From Raillietiella orientalis (Eukaryota), in assembly GCA_036172245.1 (NCBI GenBank), contig JAYWIR010000020.1, forward strand, positions 1,612,001 to 1,676,000: a stretch of DNA of 64,000 bases. Reading direction: 5' to 3'. Position 1 is the stretch's first letter. Every line of letters starts with the position of its first letter. Shown in pieces: positions 36,452 to 47,333 of this stretch. Both the position numbers and the translations under genes were made by a program. The notes beneath the pieces are model-generated. The model saw nothing but the letters and a program-made list of their open reading frames with translations. It did not search any database and had not been told where the DNA came from.

Positions 36452-38860
36452 AAAGATCACTCAAGTGACTGCGCACGGGATTCTGAAACAAAAGGAACCC
36501 CTGAAAGTCTCGGGCTGCTGTTGTGCAACGATGTATTAACGTCTTTTGGCAACTGAGGATCGAGAGGCTGCCAAGAAATGTAGGGGAGTTGGCTGCCTGC
36601 TCGACCATCCTCTTTGAGCAATTGTTGGCTCGGATGTCTGGGTGAGCTTTCTTATTATATTCCGAAGAAGAAGTATTTTTAATTATCCCAGATTGTGGAG
36701 CCTTTCCTCTCCATTCCTGTTTTAGAAAGAGGTTGTTGTGTAAACGATCCTCGCCGCTTCGAGTGGCGAGTTCCGATTTAGCGGGAAGCAGGAAGGAGAT
36801 TGCGACAATGTGGCTGTCGAAATCGCGGCCGGGAAGACTTCCCGCGGCACGGGGGAGATCTCCGAGGAGGGAAGCCACATCTTGAATTTTCCGCCGAGGA
36901 GGGAATAGATCGAATTTCGGGCATCGCAGTTGCCACTTCTGGACTGCCGACTCGGGAGATGCCGTTTCCCCAAAACCTCTTTCTTCCCCTCCCTTCCTCA
37001 CTAGTGGATGGGGGGGGTGGGGGAAAGAGAGAGAGACTCTGCCATCCCCATGGTTACTGCATCTCTTGGGAGCCGCCACGGGAAGCCGGAACTCGTGCAG
37101 CGACGCGCACGAGCGCGAAACGGGGAAGTGGGAGGGAAGCCGCCGCGGTGGGTTGGCAAGACGAAATTCGTGACGTTTATGGAGAAGCCTCGCCAGTTTG
37201 CGAGAGCCCGAGCCACGGGTCATTAGAAACAAAGTACAAGTACAGTACAGACTGAGCATGGCAATACGATGCAAGCGCAAAGAAAACCTAGTGTACGAGA
37301 CGAAATTTTTCCACGGGCTTCTCTTTTGTTCCGCCTTTAAGAGCGTACTTGTGCTACAGATGGAAGGGAACTTCTCTGGAAGCTGCGATTCGGTGACGGA
37401 CCCCTTTTCGAACAGGTTGCGGAAGGAATAAAAACACGCGTCCATGGAAACCAACGGGAACGGGATTTTCCGGGTCAGAATGAAATTGTTTCCAAACTCT
37501 TTGCAGCTCGGAGGGTGTATTTATGTGTACACATCCCTCCCTTTCTCTTCGCGTGTGTGTGTCTGTGTGCTTTTGTTTCGATGGCACGAGCACCGATAAA
37601 TGCGCGTCATCGCTTATGGACTTTCGTGGAGTCCCCCTCCCCCCCCGCCTTCCCTTCCTCCAATTCTTCAGCTATAAAAAATCAGGCGATTGCCTGAGAT
37701 TCGATTTCTGCCATATTCCTGCAGACCTTGCTGAGACGAGGCAGTTCTGGAACAACTGATCGGATCCGGATTCATGCACTGTATCACCCAGCATCACTTG
37801 CCACAGGATCAGACTTGAGCGATGTGTCTTATCGATCGGCTTCGAAACAGTTGCCGGAGGGAAACTCACTCCCAAAAACTTCCCAAACCAATTTATTATG
37901 CAATGTAATCCGTTGGTGCCTTTGTGTATACACAGCCTTATCATGCATTTGTACGCGTTGCATGATCCATAGGTGACGGGAGACTGCATTGCGCATTAAT
38001 GACTGCGCGCGAAATGATGATGTTTACCTAATTAAGCTTTGAAATAGCGGGTCGCTAAAGGTCAGAAAGGGAAGGGCCAAATAACCTCACGTGGGCTTCG
38101 AGTGCGACTTGTGGAAAATGCGCATTCCATCAACATGGAAGGAGACGAATGTCCGTCGAGCTCTTTACATTTCGTTTCGCGTTCGTGAACCATTCCTCGT
38201 ACCACACCTCCGTATGTAAATGTTATCTGTGAGATCTGCCCGCTAGCAGAGGAAAATTGCATGCGACGGTTTCCGCAATCATTGGCTCGTTGCATGGAAA
38301 CGCTGCTTTACACTAATAGCGCGACCGTTCTTGTTATGTTCTTGGAAATTTGATTGAAATTTTCATCGCATTTGAACATCCAGAGTTCCCAAACTTTTTC
38401 GATTCCCCCCCCCCCCCCTCTTTTTTTTTTTCTTTTTTCTTTTTGTTTCCCATAAGGCAAAAGGAAGCACTGCATGGATTGGATTTTGGAAGATCGCAAA
38501 TTTCCGAGATGTCTGCTGCCTCCTTGAAACTCTGCATAGGGAGAGTTGATACAAATTCCCCATGCTGAAAGCGATCCATCAGCACTCTTGGTTATGCACA
38601 ATCCATGGCAACGATAAGTTGCGACGAATTTGATATCGTTGGCAGTTGCGAAGTAAATCGATTCCTCCGAGCTCTCGCTTGAAATTCGCTTTGCTTCCAC
38701 AAAGATCCTGCGGAGCCTAAGCCGAATCCATCCAGCATCAGCAGGGTAAGCTGCTACTATCAGTCTTGATGTCTCTACGGGTCATTGGTCGAAACACCCG
38801 TAATGTATCAACTGCTGATAATAGACCATTCGAAAACACCTCAGCGGACTGCTCGTGAGG

Positions 38861-38925
38861 CAACATCGGCTGGGATGGATTTTACGCGCTGTTTCGAAAC
38901 GTAAAGTCCATCCCAACCGATGCTG
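38861..38925 (-). repeat. 65-nt hairpin, 26-bp arms, 13-nt loop (pre-miRNA-like geometry)
   Basis: Arms caacatcggctgggatggattttacg and cgtaaagtccatcccaaccgatgctg. On the minus strand there are 23 Watson-Crick pairs, 2 G-U pairs and 1 mismatch. Confidence 0.85.
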
Positions 38926-41900
38926 AGCATGGAAAATCTTCGAGCACATAAAATCGGAAAGCAGGGCTGCTCATAGCACCGTCCCCAAGCCTTTCCCCTC
39001 GGAACACCCTTCCGTGAACGGAGGCGTTTTCTAATTATTACTCAGTAATGAAGCATCGGAATCCGCATCCTCTCTTTGCACCGTGCCAGTGCTTCCGTCT
39101 GTAATGGACAGTCATCGACCTCGTTTTCAAGGTTCCATTCCTTGTGTTGTTGCCAGTGCTTGAATCTCGTTTCTGTCTGTACAGTACGCATACTGCGGCT
39201 TTGTGGATTGCTTAAGAAATCCTTTCGAATTCCAGGGTGCCTTCGAAGCAACTGCTCGATGGCACAAAATGCAGAGGACCGAAGAAGCAGATGATCTTAA
39301 AGGAGCCTCAGGCAGTAGTGTCTTCGATGACATTGCACGCGAAGACATTTCTGTTTCGAATTTGAAAGCTTTCAGTGCTTGCAGGAGGAGAAACGCGCCA
39401 AAATACCTGAGCTGCAGAAAGAAAAGAGCTTGAATGCTTTCATGACAACGGAAGTAATGTACGTTACGAAAAAACGTTGCCAACTGCGGTAATTTTCTTA
39501 GCTTCTAGAGTGAACTGTACTTCCAGGAGTAAGCAGGAAAGGTTCCCAGTTCCTGCTTTCTCCCGCATCATTCTTTCTGGGCTTTGGTCACCAAAAGGCG
39601 TCAAGTGAGCGCGAACAGGAAGTTTGCCTGAGCTCTCATTCCCGAGGTTCATTTCACAGCTTTCAGACAGAACTGTACCGGGTCGTCCCCCCCCCCCCCC
39701 AAAGGAAGTCCATGACGAGCGTCAATCTTCAACACGAGATGAGGATTCGCCCTCCTCCCCCCCCTCCCCCAAAGACGAACTGGAAAAGAACAGGATCACA
39801 TCGACGGATCCATGGACGTCGGCGTTCGGAAACAAACATGACTGTTATGCAGTGGTGTCACGAGTCGTTCAGGAAGCCAATGAGGATGAACTGAACGAGC
39901 ACCGGTCACTCGGTTCCGAGCACGTGGGATACACGAAATAGGAGGAACATTCCGGGAGTGCACTGAGAATATCTTCAGCGACGCCGTGCAGTTTTTCTTC
40001 GGTCAGTATCTGCACGCTCCTTGCAACGAATGCTTGTCCAACGCTCATCCCAACGCGATTCGTAGTGCCAATGGTTGGAACCTGCGTGACTCCCGCGGGT
40101 CACGCACGATTCGTGTCAGCGGTGGGAGCAACAGAAGCCACGACTCGCTCGATTCCTGGTTTCCACGACAACGGGTGCGAACTCGCTCGCATTTACTCTT
40201 CGTCTCGCACCCCGTCCTCTTGAAATGAAGAAAGGATATTTCCATGCGTGAATACTCCCACTTTCATCTACGAGGATTCGGGAAAAAAGGATGCGATTTC
40301 CATCCAGACCATTCCTTCCTGGTGTGTTTCCGATGTGTATTTCTTTTGGAAGTGCAATGTATGACGACTTTGAAGCTCCATGCCGAAGCGTATGCACGGC
40401 TTGGTGTTTGAACTTTGGAAAGAATCGCCTTACGAAAATGCGACTCCGAAACCATCATCAAGAAAATAAAACAGATGCCGATGCTCAGTGCACGAGTGCA
40501 AACCCGATGGGAAGTCCCTCTCCCCCCCCCCCCCTCTCCCATCCCAGGGGGCGCGAATGGTGAGCTGATCCCGAAATCGAGCACGTGAAACCCGGTAGCG
40601 AATTATTAAAATTGCGGGAATTCGATTTTTCCTTTTTGCTCTCGATCTACATCCCAGCGGGCCTACGACCTCCACCTGGCCCAGATGGGCCCGGAAGTTT
40701 AGGTGGACGTAGGCAGTTTCGCTGCCCTCTTCGAGGAGATAAGCGTGGTGGGAACGTAGTGCAATCTGGAAATGAAACTCTGGAATCTGGACCGGACTGG
40801 AAACTGCCAGACAGCCGCTTCTTGCGTGGGGAGGCGAACTCATTCCACCACTGAGCTCTTCGCCGGGAACGAATCTGTAATGGTGAAAACGGATGCTTAA
40901 CGATGCACCGTGCTTATTGGAATTCTACGAGACCAAGGATGTAAATTCCTTTGGAAAACTTCCGATAGGGTTCGATGTAGTTTCTCGTAGATCCGTACGC
41001 CGAGTGACCAATCTCAATCTTTTTTTTTTTTTTTTTTTTTTTGCCCTCCACTACTCGCATTTCCCCTCCCCTTCTTCCCTCCCTCCCTTTCATATTGTCT
41101 CAGCAATGATCGATAGACTCGATTCTGGATTCCAAAACATCGCACATTTCCCTTGAAGATCTCCCGATTTCTTAAGGCTCTGCAGAGGCATGAAATCCGA
41201 AATCTCTCGCAAATCTAAATGCTGCGGACAAAACATCTTCCCCTCCTTTTATGGATGATCTCAAATGAAAAAAAGTGGCCGTTCCATCGTTTCGTCCTGG
41301 ATAATTTATAAACGTAACCGTACGCGCGCATTTTCTTCTTTCATTCCTTTCCTTGGAAGGTCGAAACAGCCATGTGGTTTTTTAGTCGCCCAGGTAAATA
41401 TTGAAGTCTCTTCCAAACTGGGATGCAAAGGCTGTGCACGCTGGGAGCACTTTCCCGTTCTCCCCCCCTCGTGCACGAGCTGATCGATCCTACTTCCGAA
41501 AGATAAGGAGTTCGGCCTGATGAAAAAACCTCGCGTATGGAAGTGACTTCTGTACTGACCGAATGGGAGAAGATAAGCGAGGAAGTTTTCAGAGGATCGA
41601 TCTGCCTTTTGGATCCGAGGACGGGATGCCGCCGGCCCCTCGGTCACCGATTGGACAACGAGCACTTTTGCGAGCATAAACTGGGCAGCATGAAATCTTA
41701 GCGGCGTGTAACGGAAGCAGTCATTGATGTCATTTCCCAAAATTTTTCATCCCGTGCTCTAAAGCCGTACGCTTTATCTGTGCACGGAAATGAATATCTA
41801 TGTATATTCACAGGTCCTGAGTCCATAATTTCGCTCGTCATTGGAAGGGTCTCGGAATTCTTCTTATCGATATCCTGAATTCCGTGTTTCCGGGGTTTCA

Positions 41901-44028
41901 ATTTCTACCTTGGATCGTGTTCACCCGTCTTCTAAAATTCCTTCCATTTCTTCACCGTTCACTTTCTGAGCTTTCCGCTTATTCGCGGCTCGACGCTGCG
42001 TTTGCTGAAATTTACGTTTCCCGTGTCAGGCAGCCTGGGAATCCTCGTAAAGTTGGCATTTAATGAAATCCTTACTTATGATGTCCTTCGGCTCAGCTTG
42101 TGTACCGAAAGGGTGCATAGCTTGAATTGGCATTGTCTTCCCAAAGCATCCCTTCGAATTTATTTTCGGATGTATGAATGCGACCTTTGGTTTTGAAGGG
42201 AGAGAGAGGCAACACGGAATCATTGCATGAGATAATTGATAATGGCATCATGAGCTCTTTTCGGAATTCGAATGGGAACCTCACACTAATGTGAAGAGAG
42301 GATTTTCCATTTCTTGCGAGCATGCTGGCAAACCCAGTCAGTCAAGGGTTTTGCTCCTTTGTCATCGTTTTTTTTCCTTTTCTTCTTCTTCTTCTTCTTT
42401 GCATCCGATGGCGTATTTCTTATTTTCGATGAACACGAAGACCAAGAGGAACGGATGAAACATGACTGCAGTATTGATATCACCTTTATAAAGGATTGCC
42501 AGTCGAGAATTGAATCTCTGGAAATGGTTTGCTTAAATCTTCCTATTCACCAAGAGCTTCCTAAGATGATCTCGAATACTTCTATGACTTCTCCGATCAC
42601 ACATTTATCGCTACAGATTAAGATTCGATGGTCTAAGATTCATCTGAGTAGAACTTCAGTCGCAGAATTCCCGCCGCTGTACGAAAATACGCAGCAGTGC
42701 GGTCCGCTCATTCAGCCTCCTTCCCTTATTTCCATTTCCATAGCGATAAAAGCAAGATTATTTATACAGATATGAATAATTTATTTGTTTACTGCCGAGC
42801 CATTCTTTTATAGAGTCTGCGTCTCCTGTATTGCCCACCTGTTAAAAGACCATGAGATCTGGGACCAGATATCTGCACCCCTTGGGCTCTGGTTTATCAA
42901 TTAGGCAACTGTGTGGAGCCTATCAGTCAATCTGATGATGCCACAGAAATACCTAATATTAGCACTAGGTGATGAAATTCCCCCTCCTTTCTTTTTTTTT
43001 TTTTTTCAACAGCAAGAGATTCTCCAGCTTTCCATCCCCACGAAGTTCCAAGATGTCAATTATCCATCAGCACTGCAAACCAACAACATGCCGGAGAACA
43101 CAACGCGTACAGAAAAGAGTACATTCTAACCTCTCTCGAACATTCTTTCCAGGAAATTCTCGTCCCACAGGCTGAAAATTTGGTGCCGCAAAATTATCAA
43201 AAATTTCCCTGGAAAGCTTCCACGAAACACAGAGTGTTCGATTTCCACACAAACAAATCGCCCAATTCCGATCGATTTGTCCACCGATAATGTCATCTCA
43301 GTGTTTTATGCTGAGACGTGTCAGCATCCGGACAGGAGTCCTGTTTAAAACTTCGGCAGGGAGATCCATGACGGTGAGGACCAATGGATGATAATTATCT
43401 TCAGCGACGGAAAATTCACCTCAAGAAGCTCCATTAAGGAATGCACACGAATGCAATCGTCACATATTAGAAATGGAGCAATTCTTATGGAACAAAAGCA
43501 TTATGTTGTTGGTAGAAAAGGAAACTTCTTCATTCGGGTGCTTCCAAGTTCGATGATTTTGGATCCAAAATTGATATTTTATGAAATGCGCACGTTTTGT
43601 ACTACATTTGCCGCTAACATGGCATCCATGATCTCATCGAGGCGCATTGGCTTCCGCAGCATCCAAGATGCTTGGCTTGATAAATAGCGCGCCGTCCTTA
43701 AACAAATAGATTACCTGAAATGGATCTTTACCTTCTTATTTGATAAGATTCGAAATTCCACCATCTGGCTGAGTCTTTTAATTGTGGAAAGCATTCTCCT
43801 ATACTTTGTTCATCTGACATAGAGGCTCCCGAGCGTAAGGGTTCACGATCCGTGTTTTCACTACATTTCTGAGCAGCATCCTCTCAAACCTGCTCATGCA
43901 GCGATGGATCCGGAGATGAGTGAATCATTCATCCGAGAATCCAATATGAATTGGACTTTGGTTTTCCTTTCATTACCATCCGGGATTCTGGATCAATGAG
44001 GCCACACCGGATCTCCGAAACTGTTGTG

Positions 44029-44300
44029 CTCACAATCAAGATTCTGAACTCCAATGCCCGGGGTCACGAAAAAGGGAAAAGTCCCACCTCCGATGGCCGC
44101 AAAGGATTCTCTCTAAACACGGTTCCTACTAGAGACACAGGTTCTCACGTATCCCACCTAGCCAAAGGAAATTGCAGAAATCTACTGAGAGGGAGTTGGG
44201 TCGTGTAAAATGGATTACGAGGATTAGAGTCTCATTCATATTTGACGAGTCACTGCAAGTATCAGGGTATTCGACTTTACAGTTGGTAATGCATGATCTT
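44029..44300 (+). mobile_element. Possible decayed LINE apurinic-endonuclease (APE) N-terminus
   Basis: LTIKILNSNARG (44029-44064) resembles the APE start motif LKIxxWNxRG. FLLET (44123-44137) follows at the expected spacing after frameshifts, and stops are present. Confidence 0.3.
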
Positions 44301-44860
44301 ATGTACAAAGAAGCAAGCACATTCCAGGAATAAGGGGATCCCGAGACAAAGTCGAGTCAGTTGATGCTGTTGGCAGCACTCCTTATTCACAACAACCTAC
44401 CCTTCTTTCTCTACTCTTACCAGCCTTACAGAATCTTGGAAGCAAAAAAAAAAAAAAAGCAGCTTTGCTGCCAGTTTCCGGGTGTGTCGTAATTTTTCAA
44501 TTTTTGTGAAAACTTATGACACATAAGAAAATGCCTCCCCCCCCCCCTATTTTTTTTTTTTTTGCACAGGTTTTTTTTTTATTTTGATTAGCGGGGAAAT
44601 TGACTCTGTGTTCGAGCTTCATGTGGCAATTAGAGGAACAAACCCAGATGAATATTTTATTAATATCGACGCAATCCAAGAATGGAGATACTTCAGATTA
44701 AGTTTTTTATTTATGAGTGTCACAGAAGCACTAATGGCTTGAACAATTTGGGTCCTGTAGTGCACTCACTAATTAATGAGCAGCTCGTTGGAGCAGAAGC
44801 ATATTTTTGATAAATCGTCTGACAAATGGTAAAATACAGAGTACCAAGAGCGGTACTTAC

Positions 44861-44950
44861 GTCTTCTGCTGTTTTGGTACGTTCCACGGTTTTCCCTAGA
44901 ATTATCTTCCGTTTTAATCGCCTGCCACAGGGTCTGTGTTTTCGGTGCAT
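44861..44950 (-). CDS. Candidate polybasic alternative first coding exon (MHRKHRPCGRRLKRKIILGKTVERTKTAED)
   Basis: True ATG at 44950, 30 codons, then the consensus donor |gtaagt in phase 0. No independent support. Confidence 0.2.
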
Positions 44951-45554
44951 TCGCGTTCTTTTCCGAGGAAACGAACGGCATTTCGCTGCCTGATGAGCGA
45001 CGATAGTGAAAGCTCAGGAACGTAATAACGGCGGTGATAATTACTATTGTGATCATGGATCCTGATCCGTATTGGCTGTTAAAGAATGACAGAAATATTC
45101 ATGCAAATTCTGCAGCTGCCGAACAGGCGCATCACGTAAAGAGGAATGCCATAATGTGGTGGCAAACCTGTAACGAATTTGAGTTACTTCTACATCACCA
45201 AATGGGGGAAGGGGAGGGAATACACGTCTGGAAGATAAATGCTGATAGAAGAGGGAAAAAAAAGCGCCCCATAATAACTTTCGTCAGATCTTTAGGAGTT
45301 GTCGATGAGTTTTTTTTTTCCTCTTTTTTCTTGAAGGTCACTTCGTATTCTTTCTCTTAAAAAGTACCTCTGCCGTTATTCTCATTACTTGCAGCCAACG
45401 AAGGATGACAGCATCTTAGAGACCTTTCTATCGAGCAGCAAAGATAGCTTCCGCGTTAGTTTTCTTCCAGAGACTGCTTGTAGTTGTTGGCTTTTCGAGA
45501 ACCCGCCTCAACCTGCGTCTACCGAAGCGGTCTGAAGAGAGCCTCCAGACTTCA

Positions 45555-46278
45555 CGCACCTTGAAGAATTGATACAGCGAAAGTGAAGTGTACCCACGGA
45601 GGATCCTGATTTCGGATGAGCCGTCACACATTCGAAATGATGTTCTTCGTGGGAACGGAACAACGGAGCTGATTGCAAAGTTTTTTTTTTTTTCTTTCTG
45701 GTGATCTCAGAAGAAATAGACGACGCAAAGTTCCCAAACGCAACATGCAGTTTTCACTTGGACGTGTAGGAAATGGGTGCGTTCTGAAACTGTTCCCGTT
45801 CTTACGCACACTGTATCCTCAAACCGCTTGCGATTTCCAGTCACCATAAGCGTTACATTGAGAAAACGATGCATTGTATTTCAAACGGAGTGACGTCATG
45901 CTGTCGTCACCAGATGTTAATTGCTTGCGATGCTGCGAACTGGTATCGGTGCGACGCAGGAAAGCCACATCGGGGGAGGTTGCGGCTGTTCTCGACTTGA
46001 GAAAGAGTTGGAAATCCTCTGGTCGAGAGTTACGTGCTTGAGAGTCGCACAGAGTGCAGGAAGTACTCGCTAACACTTCCGTGTTAACTTTGCATGTGGG
46101 ATGCTTCAGTCGCATCTGAGATCACTAGAAAAAAAAAAAAAAACTTTGCAGTCAGCTCCGCATGGCATAATGTTCCGTTCCCGCGAAGAACATCATTTCG
46201 AATGTGTGACGGCTCATCCGAAATCAGGATCCTCCGTGGGTACACTTCACTTTCGCTGTGCCAATTCTCCAAGGTACG
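45555..46278. repeat. Long inverted repeat A: arms 45555-45711 and 46115-46278, spacer ~400 bp
   Basis: The core acagcgaaagtgaagtgtacccacggaggatcctgatttcggatgagccgtcacacattcgaaatgatgttcttcg is matched exactly by its reverse complement. The ORF track shows the same peptide MCDGSSEIRILRGYTSLSL on both strands. Confidence 0.95.
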
Positions 46279-47333
46279 GCATCCGCAAGTCTGTCTTGTG
46301 CACGCACCGAGTTCAACCATACTGTTCTCCTGTTGACCTTTTCGTCTGGGGCAGCCATTGCTACATCTGTACGCGCAGTGTCAAGTGCGAGAACCTCCGT
46401 GCTCGGCAGACAATGGCTGGACAAACGGTATTCTGAAGAGAGATCCTCGAACCTCAGAGGCAACATACTCATCCACCTGATTTTGTAATAGCAGAAAGGA
46501 AGAAGGAAAGCAGTTGGTTGCTGAACGGATTGACCGGTCCTTAAAAGTTGGGCTAACGTTTCAAACTGACCAGCCGCTATGGCAATAAATAGGGATGGAC
46601 AGAAGACGAACTGAGTTATTCCCAGAATGAATATCTGGATCGCCACGTCCGTTTGTCTCTCCACGGTTTTCCATCATGTAAAGTTCGGCTGTGCACCATG
46701 AAGAAAATGAGCTCATCTTGAGATTCGAGTGAGGCTCCTGGGTCCGAAGGGAAGAGTGATCGGTGCTCTTGGCCGAGATCAAAACGCTTTCAAGGGGAGA
46801 GCTTCCAGATTAGGAACCGACGAGTAGAGGCGCCTTGAGATGCCGGGAAACCACGTTCAGAAAAAGCAGGTTTGCGTAGGAAGCACTTCCAGCCTCATTC
46901 TGCCGGTTATCGGGAGGCTGGAAAAACCACGAGCGTGGCGAGCGATGGTCACCACTTATTCATCACCACCGGGACGGACAGATTGGGTTTTCGTAATTAA
47001 TGAAAATTAGCTTCTCACTAATCTTGCACCGAAGATTCCTGTCGATTACGACTCCGTACTAAATATTCATCAGTGGGAAATTTAGCGGCAAGGAGAACTT
47101 CCAACAGAAAAGAAAAAAAATGAATTCAGGCATTCCCGAGGCAAAAAAATAGGAATCGATCTCGGCATTGCTGAGTGCCGCAAAAAGAAAAAGAGAAAAA
47201 AAAAACGAGCACCACGAAATTCCCATGGATTGTACTACTGCGAGCTAATATCTGGTGACGACAGCATGACGTCAGTCCGTTTGCAATACAATGCACTGTT
47301 TCCTCAATGTAACGCTTAAGGTGACTGGAAATC
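45832..47333. repeat. Inverted repeat B: 88-bp arms 45832-45919 and 47246-47333
   Basis: Manual alignment with the reverse complement gives 7 mismatches in 88 nt. Confidence 0.92.

Noticed and set aside
39127..39260. KGFLKQSTKPQYAYCT, resembling a BED/hAT-type zinc finger start
   Set aside because: The second cysteine and histidines are not recoverable in frame; no transposase core or TIRs seen.
44983..45040. Hammerhead-ribozyme-like CTGATGA...GAAA (also CTGAAGA-gag-atc-ctc-GAAC at ~46433)
   Set aside because: Stem II is at most 2-3 bp, and there is no correctly placed UH cleavage site or stem III.
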